Positions 1-9,600 of a stretch of 64,000 bases of DNA are shown piece by piece. Source of the DNA: an uncultured Clostridia bacterium (GTDB lineage: Bacteria > Bacillota > Clostridia > UMGS1883); contig CANPZO010000004.1 of the NCBI GenBank assembly GCA_947589005.1, forward strand, positions 21,330 through 85,329, written 5' to 3'. The position numbers and the translations under genes are program-made. Position 1 is the stretch's first letter, and each line of letters starts with the position of its first letter. The notes below the pieces were generated by a model, which had not been told where the DNA came from, made no database searches, and was given only the letters and a program-made list of their open reading frames with translations.

Positions 1-6
1 AGTGAG

Positions 7-225
7 ATGGGCACGGAGCCAAGGGTGCTGGCCCTTCCCTACGGCTATCCCTCGGAGCTTGGAGAGGCGATAATGGCGGAGGAGGGCATCCGCTCCACCC
101 TCACCACCGAGCCCGTGACCAACGAGCTGATAAAAGGGCTGCCCCAATGCCTGTACGATATGGGCCGCTACGGAATAACCTCCCCCATCTCGCCGGAGGA
201 GCTCATCAATATGATAGAAGGGTAG
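7..225 (+). CDS. C-terminal fragment of a hypothetical protein; the gene starts upstream of the window
   Basis: The ORF runs in from the window edge and ends ...ELINMIEG. It is followed by a strong hairpin plus T-run at 246-290. No family assignment is possible. Confidence 0.3.
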   Translation: MGTEPRVLALPYGYPSELGEAIMAEEGIRSTLTTEPVTNELIKGLPQCLYDMGRYGITSPISPEELINMIEG

Positions 226-245
226 CCCCCTTAAGTACGGACGAA

Positions 246-290
246 AGGCGTCGCCGCAAGCCTCACCGCTTGCGGCGACTTTTTTTAATT
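246..290 (+). terminator. Rho-independent terminator
   Basis: GC-rich inverted repeat gtcgccgcaagc...gcttgcggcgac followed by ctttttttaatttttt. Confidence 0.6.
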
Positions 291-351
291 TTTTCGGCGG
301 CTTGAGGGCAAGCCGCCCTACACGGGATACGCGAGGCAGTAAAAATGAAAT

Positions 352-524
352 GTAGGGCGGGATGCCCTCATCCCGCCGTTTTGCGCGGGGGTCATTGGCC
401 GCCGGCCATCAAACGTTTACGTTGGCAATGATAAATAATATTACAATCAAATATATCTACAAATCCGCGTATTTATTACCGTAAACGTGTGAACGCGGGA
501 GCGCAATGCGCTCCCCTACAACGG
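352..524 (+). repeat. Copy A of a ~140-bp hairpin-ended repeat, with an extra 5' hairpin
   Basis: It has a ggccattggccgcc near-palindrome, an AT-rich core (ccatcaaacgttta..ttgacaatgataaat..attaccgtaaacgtgtg), and a terminal perfect hairpin gggagcgcaatgcgctccc. It matches copy B (588-724) with only a few mismatches. Confidence 0.7.
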
Positions 525-587
525 TAGTGGCCCAAATTTCGTTCATAAAGTAAAATACACACGGCGCACCACCGTAACAAAATGGCG

Positions 588-724
588 TAGGGGCGGCCAT
601 TGGCCGCCCGCCATCAAACGTTTATGTTGACAATGATAAATGATATTGCAATCAAATATATCTACAAACCCGCGTATTTATTACCGTAAACGTGTGTAAG
701 CGGGAGCGCAATGCGCTCCCCTAA
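588..724 (+). repeat. Copy B of the same ~140-bp repeat, in tandem with copy A
   Basis: Same architecture: tgtaggggcggccattggccgcc ... gcgggagcgcaatgcgctcccctaa. It lies directly downstream of copy A in the same orientation. Confidence 0.7.
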
Positions 725-763
725 GGAATTCGGCGAAGAAATCGACTTTATCGACAGACTGAG

Positions 764-793
764 AAAACCTCCCCAGAGGGGAGGTTTTCTGTT
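764..793 (-). terminator. Hairpin terminator, probably bidirectional, 3' of the CBM-repeat gene
   Basis: aaaacctcccc-aga-ggggaggtttt perfect stem. T-runs follow on both strands. It sits 18 nt past the stop at 811. Confidence 0.6.
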
Positions 794-810
794 TGCTGTG
801 TTATTGTGAT

Positions 811-3800
811 TTACTCGATAGGCTCGGCCTTAAAGTCGTATACATAGAACGGTACGCTTGAGCCGTTGTTTTCAACAAGGGCGAGAGTATCGATTGACGT
901 GGCGGGTTCACGGAAATGAACGCCGGTCGCCACTACATTGCCATTAACCGTAAGGTCATAGGTGTTCGCCTCAATATCGGCGTCAATGGAAATACTAACT
1001 CTTTCGCCAACATTATAGGTCGTCACCTGTTTTTTGCTTTCATTATCACGGGTGTGAAGTTTACCCTCGGCAAAGAGGATAACTATAGAGCCCTCAAAGT
1101 AGTTTCCACTGGAGGAATTTACCTTGCCGCTGTTGCCAAGAACAACGCCGCTGTCTCTTTCACCGTTGTCCACAAAATCAAAGGTGTAACGAACCTTGCC
1201 GGTCTGAGCGTCGATGGGGTGGAAAGCGTCAGCGTTCTGGCCCACGGACGACTCAAGAGGCGCGCCGGGCGCCTTGCCCTCGGCCGCGTTGGTGAGAGGA
1301 GCAAGGGTTCTAAGGCTGTCAATAACAAATACCTTCACGTCGGTGGTGCCCTCGACAAACGTGATGTCGATATCCGTGCTCGCGCCGGCCTCAAGCTCAA
1401 CGGTCTTGAGCTCGGCCTTTACGAGGTTGCCGTCAGCGTCGTACTGAGCCACAACAGCCTCGCCGTTAACCGCCGCGTTGGCCTTAACGGTGGCCTTATT
1501 GTCGGCTATGGTCACGGTGGAGGGAGCGGGAGCGAACACAAGGGTCGCCTCCACGGTGGAGCCCTCGACCACATTGACGGAAAGCGTGGACTTGGACGCT
1601 ACAAGCCTGTAAACTATGCCGTCCTCGCCGGTGATATCGGCCTTGTACTCGGCGGACACGCTATAGCTGTTGCCGGCGGTGAGCTCGTCAACCGTAACGG
1701 GAGCCTTAAGCTCGGTGCCGTTCTCGTCAACAAACTTGATTCGGACGCTGCCAGTGGTCTTGTCGCCCATCTCGGTAAGAACAAAGTCGTCGAAGCACCA
1801 GTTGCCGTCCAGCCACTTGCCGCCGATAAGCAGCGTCTTATAGGTATCATCGGGGGTAAAGGTGCGCTCTATGGTTACCCACCCGTCATCGGGACCGATG
1901 AGGAGTTCATTCATATCGGCTCCGCCGTTCGCTACCCTTTCGGGTATCATGGAACCGTATTTGCTGCGAAGGTCAACTATCGTGTCATGATTTGTATTGT
2001 TTTCGCCTATTTCAGCGTGGTCGTCCTTTACAAGAGGAGCCTCGATCCACGCCTCGGCCAGCTTATCGCCGCCCGCGCGCTTTACACGGAAGGAGAACTT
2101 ATACTGCTTGCCGGGGGTGAGATCAACAAATCTCTTGAGAGAGCCCGGCAGGGCAAGCTGCTGGCTGCTCTTGGACTGGATATAGTGGTTGCCGTCATCT
2201 TCCTCGACATAGGTAAAGTGGTCGGTGGTCATCTGGGCAATGCCGTTGGGATTGTCAGAGCCCGCGCCGGTGCCCCAGTCGGGAATATTCACGCCGTCAA
2301 GCGGGGTTTCAAAGTCGCCGTTGGTGATAAGATTGCTTGTCTCGGCGAAGTAGAGAGTTATCTTGTTCTGGTCGGGGTCAGCGTTTACGGTAAGCTCGGC
2401 GGGGTCGCTGCCGGTGTAAACGTACATCTTGCCGTCCTTGCTGATAGTGGCCTTAAGGGCGGCCGTTATCTCAAACGCCTTGCCGATTTCGCCGGAAACG
2501 GTTTCATCAGCTTTAAGAGTATTGCCGGAGGCGTCCTTAAAGCTTACGGTAACGTCGGCCACAGAAAGCTTTTCGAACGTAAGTGTTATGTCAACGGTGG
2601 AGTTGGCCACTACCTTAGCACTCTTAACGCTGGTCTCGTCAAATTTGTAGACAAAGCCGTCCTGTTCAAAATCAGCGGTCATCGTCTCGGGAACCGTATA
2701 GGTAGAATTAGCGAGAAGCCCTTCTATAATCTGGGGCTGCTTTATTTGATTGCCTTCCTTATCGACAAATTTCACCTGTACACTGCCGTACTCGACCTTG
2801 CCGACGGGACGGAGCACGAAGTTGGCAAATTTTATACCGTTTGTCCAGCTGCTCTGGATATAAAGAGTGTCTGTGCTGGCGGTAAATTTCATTTCCATAT
2901 GGTTCCATGTGCCGTTCGTCATGATTTCGCCAAACTGTATCAACTCATTGCCTGCAACCTCGCGAATACCGGCGTTGTTATTGAACGCATCAGAAACCTT
3001 GTTGTACTGATAGTTGCCCGACTCGGGCTTGCTACCGCCTACGTCGAAGGAGAACACATACTCCATGCCCACCTGAAGCCCTGTCCACGCCGTACCGATA
3101 GCGGTGTCGGAATCTCTGCCGCCGGTATTAATGGTAAGGGCGTTGGTGCCAAATTCGGGGTCAATGGCAATGGTACCGCCGGAAAGAGCCGTGCCCTTAC
3201 GGTTGGTCCAACCGGTATATCCGTTTGAGAAGTCGCCGTTGGTTATAATATTGCCGCGAACCGGCTCATAGTAAAGATTTATGACATTGTCGTTCTTGTT
3301 CTCGGATACGGTAATGGTGTATTCAGTATCCTCGTCAAGAGCATAGGTAACGCCGTCGGTCGTCATGTTAAGCTGGAGAGTAGAGCTGTCGGCTGTGTAC
3401 TCAAAGCCCACAAAACCGTTTGTCTTATCAACAACCGTGTCCTTCAGCTTCTTGCCGGACTCTTTGTCCAAAACATTGACAGTAACGTCAGCCTGAACAA
3501 GCTCCTTGAACACAAGGTTTATCACATTGGGTTCATTTTCCTTTACAAGAACATGATCCACACTGCTGGGCAGATATCTGTAGGTCTTTTTTCTGTTGCC
3601 GGTGCCGGTGGTTATATCCTCTTTCTCCGCATCGGAAACCTTGTACTCGAAGTTACCGTTCTGGTCCTTAACGGTCTTGGACTTCTTGAGTGTGTTGCCA
3701 TTCTCGTCAACATAGTTTATGGTGACGTCGGCATAGAAAGGTATGTCTACCTCCTCAAGAATGAAGTCGTCGAAAGCCCAGCGGCCGTCATTGTGGCCGG

Positions 3801-5535
3801 CCTCTTTCTTATTGAGCCATCTGGAGGTGATGAGCAGGGTATTGTAAGTCTTGTCGGGACTGAGTATGCCGCAGTCGATGGTACGCCAGTGATCCGAGTA
3901 CGTAAGCTCACCCTTATACGAGCCTCTGGGGAGCTCAAAGCCGCCGTAGGTGGCAACGGGGGCAAAGTTGCCGCCGCCGCTGTCCTCTACCATGCCGTCG
4001 TGGTTCGCAACGAGAACGGCCGCAGTATAGCTCTCCTCGCAGCTTCCGTCGCCGTTGTACCACATCTTGAAGGAAAGATGGTACATCTTTCCAGGCTCAA
4101 GGTCATAGTACATTCTGATTGAGCCGTCGCCGTAAGCGTCATGATGCAATTTGGAGAGGATATAGTGGTTGCCGTTGGACTCTAACATATAGTCAAAGCT
4201 ATCGGTAGTCATGGGAGCAAGGCTGCCCACTGTCCAGCCGGGGATGGACGTGCCATCGTGCACCTCAAAGGCGCCGTTGGGGATAAGGGTAGTGGTCAGG
4301 CCCTGACCGGTGTAAACGGTTACGTCCTGTTCTACCTCGATATCGTTATAGGTAACATGGGCGGTAAGGGTAACGGCGTCAACGCCCTCGCCGGGGTTGT
4401 AGCTGCCGTCGCCGCCAAGTACGTCGGGGTCGCTGCTCTCCCACTCAACGGTGCTGCCCGCGTAACCGGGAACGGTGGAGGGAAGCTCTACCTTGCTGTC
4501 CTTGGGATTTATAAACTTGGGAACATAGCCGTCAGCCTGAACAGCCGCTTTGATACCGGCCTGGAGACCCTCGATGGTAAGGTTGTACTTCAGGGTCGTG
4601 GACATGGTGCTGTAGGTGATGGTCACGCTAAGCTCGATGGGAGTATCGTCCTTAACCATGGTGACCTTACCGGTGTTAACGTCAAGTATGTCCGGATTGG
4701 AGCACACATAGGTCACACGGGCGTCGGCAACCTTTGCGGGCAGGGTCATGTCGCCCCTTACGATGTCGCCGTTCTTGTAAAGGAAGGTGGACTCCCACTT
4801 GGCGAGAGCGGCGGCGAACTTCTTCGACTCACCGGTCTGGCTTACCTCGCAAGCCTCGAAATCGTCGAGAGCAACCGCGTTGGCGTCCATATCAAAAACA
4901 TTTATTATCAGATAGTCGCCGCCTTTTACATCCGCAACGGCGTCTATATGCGTCCACTCGGAGGAAAGATTGACCTTTTTCGAAGAGGGCAGTATATCGT
5001 CGGCGCCCACAGGCCCTATGTAGTAGCTGAGGGAAGCGTCGTCGTCGACAGCCTTGGCCCAAAAGCTGGCATAGTAAGTCTTCTTGGAGCCGGAGGTGTT
5101 ATGTATATAATGCTTTATAGAGGTGGGGCCGTTCTCATCGTTGGTATACCTGGGTATGGTGGTGCCGGGTGAGAAAGCCTCGAAAGCGGGCGAAATGGCA
5201 TAGCCGCCCTCACGCCCGTCAACGCGCTCGAAAGCGGTGGCGCCAACGGCCGCCATGTTTTTGTCGGTGTTCATCTTGATAACGGCGTCAACACCGGGGT
5301 TACCGCCGCCGGGACCGGCATACGCGCCGGTGGTAAGGGCGTCTTCCCACGCGTCGGTCTCGAAAGCGCCGTCGGTTATAAAATCATCACTGGCGGCGGC
5401 GTAAGGCTGGTCGTCGCTGGTAACGATACCCTGACCCTCGCTAATGGCAGCCGAAGCGGTGAGCCCAAAGGCGGGCATCACAGTCGCTATCATGGCGAAT
5501 ACCGTCACGAGAGCCAGAAGTTTCCGAATTTTCAT
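811..5535 (-). CDS. Large secreted multidomain protein, 1574 aa, with at least three CBM4/9 (CenC-type) carbohydrate-binding-like modules and Ig-like spacer domains
   Basis: GGAGG sits 8 nt upstream of the ATG at 5535. The N-terminal signal peptide is MKIRKLLALVTVFAMIATVMPAFGLTASAA. The ITNGDFE/IPNGAFE...W motif recurs, typical of CBM_4_9 beta-sandwiches. No catalytic domain or sortase motif was recognised. Confidence 0.6.
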   Translation of the reverse strand: MKIRKLLALVTVFAMIATVMPAFGLTASAAISEGQGIVTSDDQPYAAASDDFITDGAFETDAWEDALTTGAYAGPGGGNPGVDAVIKMNTDKNMAAVGATAFERVDGREGGYAISPAFEAFSPGTTIPRYTNDENGPTSIKHYIHNTSGSKKTYYASFWAKAVDDDASLSYYIGPVGADDILPSSKKVNLSSEWTHIDAVADVKGGDYLIINVFDMDANAVALDDFEACEVSQTGESKKFAAALAKWESTFLYKNGDIVRGDMTLPAKVADARVTYVCSNPDILDVNTGKVTMVKDDTPIELSVTITYSTMSTTLKYNLTIEGLQAGIKAAVQADGYVPKFINPKDSKVELPSTVPGYAGSTVEWESSDPDVLGGDGSYNPGEGVDAVTLTAHVTYNDIEVEQDVTVYTGQGLTTTLIPNGAFEVHDGTSIPGWTVGSLAPMTTDSFDYMLESNGNHYILSKLHHDAYGDGSIRMYYDLEPGKMYHLSFKMWYNGDGSCEESYTAAVLVANHDGMVEDSGGGNFAPVATYGGFELPRGSYKGELTYSDHWRTIDCGILSPDKTYNTLLITSRWLNKKEAGHNDGRWAFDDFILEEVDIPFYADVTINYVDENGNTLKKSKTVKDQNGNFEYKVSDAEKEDITTGTGNRKKTYRYLPSSVDHVLVKENEPNVINLVFKELVQADVTVNVLDKESGKKLKDTVVDKTNGFVGFEYTADSSTLQLNMTTDGVTYALDEDTEYTITVSENKNDNVINLYYEPVRGNIITNGDFSNGYTGWTNRKGTALSGGTIAIDPEFGTNALTINTGGRDSDTAIGTAWTGLQVGMEYVFSFDVGGSKPESGNYQYNKVSDAFNNNAGIREVAGNELIQFGEIMTNGTWNHMEMKFTASTDTLYIQSSWTNGIKFANFVLRPVGKVEYGSVQVKFVDKEGNQIKQPQIIEGLLANSTYTVPETMTADFEQDGFVYKFDETSVKSAKVVANSTVDITLTFEKLSVADVTVSFKDASGNTLKADETVSGEIGKAFEITAALKATISKDGKMYVYTGSDPAELTVNADPDQNKITLYFAETSNLITNGDFETPLDGVNIPDWGTGAGSDNPNGIAQMTTDHFTYVEEDDGNHYIQSKSSQQLALPGSLKRFVDLTPGKQYKFSFRVKRAGGDKLAEAWIEAPLVKDDHAEIGENNTNHDTIVDLRSKYGSMIPERVANGGADMNELLIGPDDGWVTIERTFTPDDTYKTLLIGGKWLDGNWCFDDFVLTEMGDKTTGSVRIKFVDENGTELKAPVTVDELTAGNSYSVSAEYKADITGEDGIVYRLVASKSTLSVNVVEGSTVEATLVFAPAPSTVTIADNKATVKANAAVNGEAVVAQYDADGNLVKAELKTVELEAGASTDIDITFVEGTTDVKVFVIDSLRTLAPLTNAAEGKAPGAPLESSVGQNADAFHPIDAQTGKVRYTFDFVDNGERDSGVVLGNSGKVNSSSGNYFEGSIVILFAEGKLHTRDNESKKQVTTYNVGERVSISIDADIEANTYDLTVNGNVVATGVHFREPATSIDTLALVENNGSSVPFYVYDFKAEPIE

Positions 5536-5727
5536 CTGAAATTCCTCCTCGTAATGAATGTTTTGCTATTTTGTACAATCAAAAGCATAGATTGCACTCA
5601 TATTATTACACATATATACTATACCACATTCCGCCTTAAAAGTACAGCAATTTTCGCTCGTCAAAACACATAAATTTTATTTGTATTTTTTGTGCAAATT
5701 GTCAGTTTTGTTTTCTTTGACGTTAAA

Positions 5728-5768
5728 AAGGAAAGCCGAACCCAGTGCGGGGTTCGACTTTCCTTTCA
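5728..5768 (-). terminator. Rho-independent terminator upstream of the CBM-repeat gene, isolating it from the preceding gene
   Basis: ggaaagccgaaccc-agtgc-ggggttcgactttcc stem. On the minus strand it is followed by a TTTTT run. Confidence 0.5.
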
Positions 5769-5804
5769 GACCGTCGGTAAAGTCTTTCTTTGCCGGATAC
5801 CGTA

Positions 5805-5945
5805 TGGGAGCGCATCGCGCTCCCGCTTACACAGATTTACGGTGACAAATATACGATTTTATGAATATATTGGATTGTAATATCATTTATCATTGTCAAC
5901 GTATACGTTTGATGGCGGGCGGCCAATGGCCGCCCCTACAATATC
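5805..5945 (-). repeat. Copy C of the ~140-bp repeat, inverted relative to copies A and B
   Basis: Its reverse complement reads tgtaggggcggccattggccgcccgccatcaaacgtatacgttgacaatgataaatgatatt...gtgtaagcgggagcgcgatgcgctccc. It aligns to copies A and B with roughly 10% divergence. Confidence 0.7.
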
Positions 5946-5963
5946 AAGGCTACATTTTTGTTA

Positions 5964-6617
5964 TCAAAGACCGTCGTCGCTTAGCTGAACGTCGCCCTCG
6001 GAGCCGCCGCCATTGCCCGCGCCGCCGTCATTGCCGGAGGCGGAGGAACCACCGCGGTCGCCGCCGTCGCCGCCGGACGCGCTGCCGGAGCCTGAAGAGC
6101 CGGTGGTTTTGCCGCCTGAGCCGCTGTCGTCGTCATCATCGTCGTCGGAGCCGGTGTTCTTACTGCCGGAGCCAGTGGAGCCCGTACTGTTGCCGCCGGA
6201 GTTCGTAATCTTGTTGCCGGAGCTGACGCGGTCATAGTCGCCGTCATCGTCGTCGGAACCGGTGCTCTTACTGCCGGAGCCAGTGGAGCCCGTACCGCTG
6301 CCGCCGGTATTGCCCGAGGACGAGACCTTTCCGCCGTCCTCGTCCTTATCCTCGTCCCCGTTTTCCGTCTCCTCGTCCTCCTTGTCAAGCTCGTTGTCCG
6401 CGCCGGAGGCGGGAATGGGACTCAAATTTTGAGAGGCGCTGGGCAAATCGGCGCCGTATGTATCCTCGCCGGAGCTGGTCTGCTTTTCCCCATGCGAGAA
6501 AACGCTGAAAGATATGATAAACGCAAGCAGGAATACCAGCATAAACCCAAGCACGGTCAGCAGGATCACCAGGCCGGTACCCTTCTTCTTCTTTTTGCGT
6601 TTGCGGTTTGTAGCCAT
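5964..6617 (-). CDS. Membrane-anchored, intrinsically disordered G/S/D-rich protein
   Basis: It has a basic N-terminus (NRKRKKKKKG), one transmembrane helix, and a long acidic Gly/Ser/Asp low-complexity tail with internal repeats (GSTGSGSK.TGSDDDD). The start was chosen at the second Met. No homology call is possible. Confidence 0.45.
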   Translation of the reverse strand: MATNRKRKKKKKGTGLVILLTVLGFMLVFLLAFIISFSVFSHGEKQTSSGEDTYGADLPSASQNLSPIPASGADNELDKEDEETENGDEDKDEDGGKVSSSGNTGGSGTGSTGSGSKSTGSDDDDGDYDRVSSGNKITNSGGNSTGSTGSGSKNTGSDDDDDDDSGSGGKTTGSSGSGSASGGDGGDRGGSSASGNDGGAGNGGGSEGDVQLSDDGL

Positions 6618-6638
6618 TTTTTTATCTCCTTTCACCCA

Positions 6639-9600
6639 TTATACCTCTATTATATCACCTTTATGAAATAAGTAAAGATATTTTTGAATTTTTTTGTCGG
6701 AAAATTTCATTTTCAATGCTTTTTCGTAATAATTGAGCTGAGCTTTATATTTTTCGGCAATTTCAGAGGGGGCGGTGTAGCTGTCGGTCTTGTAATCCAC
6801 AAGGACAACGCGGTCGTCCTCCTCGAAAAAGCAGTCAATTATTCCCTGAACGGCCACTCTTTCCCCCGACGGGACGCCGGGGCCGAGCGCCTCCTCCGCC
6901 GGAACGCTTATCATGAAAGGGGCCTCGCGCCACAGCCGCCGCGCCGAGCGCATCCTCCGTCCCAAGGGGCCGTCCAGCAGGGCGGTTATCCGCTCGTCCC
7001 TGATAAGTTTACGCAGCGCGGGAGAGATTATGCCGCTTTTTTCCAACATATCTATCTGAGGCGTGACCGGAGCGTCCAAGTCGAGGCTCTCCATGACGGT
7101 GTGGTAAGCGGTGCCCAGCTCCGCGCCGGATACCCTTTCCTCCCCGTCAAGGAACGCGGGCGTCTTGAGCCTGCGCGCGGGCGGGGAGATAAGCTCCGCG
7201 GGCGGAGCGTCCTCGTCGTAATCGCCGGCCTTAAGAGCGGAAACGCTGACCTTGGCCGGAAGCTCGGACGCCCGTGAAAACTCGTAATTAAAGCCCAGCA
7301 GACCGCCGGCGGTCTCAAGCACATCCTCGCTGAAGGCCGGGGCCGAGGGCATCAGCCTCGAGGGACGGGGTCCCGTCACATCGGCGGCGGCAACGGTCTC
7401 CATACGCCAGAACCGCCCGTCGGTGATACTCGCGCCCAGCAGCTTGGCATAGGAGTCCGCAAGGAAGGTCACGTCCCCCAGCGTCAGCTCCGATTTAAAG
7501 GCCAGCGCCCTGTCGAGGGCGGTCTGATTGGGGAAATAGCCGGTACATACGAGAATTTCCCTGGCCCGCGTCATGGCCACGTAGAGCAGACGTATCTCCT
7601 CGGCCCTTTCGCGGCCGCGGCTTTCCAGCTCTATCAGCGGCGAAAGCGGCGATTTGTAGCGGTAACCCTTTTCCTCATTAATATAGTCCGCCGAAAATCC
7701 CAGCTCGCGGCTCAGGGCCAGCACCCCGCGGCCTCCGCCGAAGGGGGCCGGACAGCGGAACAGGAACACCGCCGGGGCCTCAAGTCCCTTGGACTTGTGC
7801 ACCGTCATGAGGCGCACCACGTCCATGGCGTCGGAAAGTGTCTTGGCCTCGGTCTGCTCCCCTCCGCCGGAAAGCTCCTGTCTTTCAATGTGGTTGATGA
7901 AGCTGTAAAGTCCACGGCTTCCGCCGGCCTCAAACTCCGCCGCTGCGTCGATAAGGAGCTCCAGATTGGCCCGCCGCGCCGCGCCGGAGGGCAGCGCCCC
8001 CACGGAGGCGTAGTAACCGGTGTCGTTGATTATGGCCTCTATCACATCGGTGACCGGACGGAAGGCCGCCATCAGCCGCCACTTTTTCAAAAGCGCACCC
8101 ACGTCCATGCAGCGGCCGAGCAGTTCGCCGTCGTTAAGCCTCGCGGCATACTCGCCGTGCCTCGTGGCCTCGGGGTCGCAGAGAACCGCGAACACGCGCG
8201 AGAACTCATGGTTCGCGCTGACCGAACGGATACGGAGGAGGTCGTTGTCGCCGAAACCGAACATCAGCCCCCGCAGCGTCGCGGTCAGGGGCATATCCCT
8301 GAACGGGTCGTCAATGAGCCTCAGCACGTCGGCCACGGCGGTTATCTCCTCCCTCAAATACAGGCCCCGTCCCCCGTCCAGATAGCAGGGGATGCCGTTT
8401 TCGCTCAGGATCCGTTCAAGCACGGGGCCGTCACGGTTGGCCCGAAAAAGCACCATTATGTCACGGTATCGGATAGGCCGCCGGTCGCCGGCCTCCCCGT
8501 CATAGACCGGACGGCGGGAATCTATCAGCTCGATTATACGGTCGGCGACGGCCTGGGCCTCCGCCTCCGCCTTATAGGTAAGATGGGATTTTTCCTCGTC
8601 CACAACGGCCAGGAACTCCGCCCTCGTCGGCTCCGGGAGCCAGCTTTCCCCCCGCTCCATCCGATGGTCGGCGTAATCCAGCCCCATGGTGCCGTCGTTC
8701 ATAAGGCGGCCAAACACCTGATTTACCGCGCCTATCACCGCCCCGGAGGAGCGGTAGTTCACGTTCATGCTGACGAGGCGGCTGTCTCCGCCGTCACGAC
8801 AGCGGCTGCCGAAGATTTCCGGCTCCGCCTGGCGAAAGCCGTAAATGCTCTGCTTTACGTCGCCGACCATGAAAAGGTTGTTACGGGATATGGCTTCGAA
8901 AATGGCGAGCTGGCGGGGGTCGATGTCCTGTGCCTCGTCCACGTATATCTCGTCGTAATACTCCCGCAGCTCGGCGGCAGTTTCGGAATTTTCCTCCGTC
9001 AGCAGCTCCAGCGCGAGACCCACGCAGGCGGAAAAGCTGAGGCGCTTTTTTTCCAGCATTTTCTCCCGCTCAAGGCTTAGGGTCAGCCTTGTCAGCCCCA
9101 GCAGGGCAAGGGCGGCGGGCCGAAACCTTTCGCGGAATATCTCGATTTTTTCCGTGGGCGCCGCGTACAGGGCGGCGGCTTTTTTCCATATGCTCTTCGC
9201 GTCGTCCATGACCTTGGCCGCCCCCGGGTCGCCCCGAACATTTTTTGTGTCCTTGGACTGGACCCTGCCGCCGGACGGGAAGGGCCGCGAAAACAGCTCC
9301 GCAGCCTCGGTGTAGGTGCGGGGCTTTGGCAAGGCCCCGATATTCCCAAGAGTACTCGAAAAGGTGGCGGCATTGTTGGGATTAAGGCCGCCTTTCAGCT
9401 CGTCGGAGAGCTTTTTGCTTATGTCCTCAACGAGCCCCGCCGCTCTTTCGGCGGCGTACCGGCCCAGCGCCGTGCGGTCAAAGGGCACGGACGTGTCGTA
9501 GTCCGCCGCCCTGTCCCGCAGCCACTTTTCGGGGTCGGCCACCGAGGACAGCACGCGCTTGACGCCGCGGACAAATTCTATGTAATCCTCACCCCGACGG

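Noticed and set aside
916-3228. A 770-aa plus-strand ORF, plus several smaller ones at 1214-1447 and 1997-2185.
   Set aside because: It lies entirely antisense to the well-supported minus-strand CBM-repeat gene. It has a low-complexity, Gly/Val/Ala-biased translation typical of spurious antisense frames in GC-rich DNA. It has no RBS.
5536-5727. An AT-rich region upstream of the CBM gene, considered as an invertible promoter segment.
   Set aside because: No short inverted repeats flank it. It was treated as an ordinary promoter/leader region downstream of a terminator.
5861-6388. Arg/Pro/Thr-rich alternative-frame ORFs (5861-6208 plus strand, 5981-6388 minus strand, 6013-6237 plus strand) across the G/S/D repeat region.
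   Set aside because: They are frame-shifted readings of the same repetitive GC-rich DNA. Only the 5964-6635 frame has a start context, a transmembrane anchor and a coherent composition.
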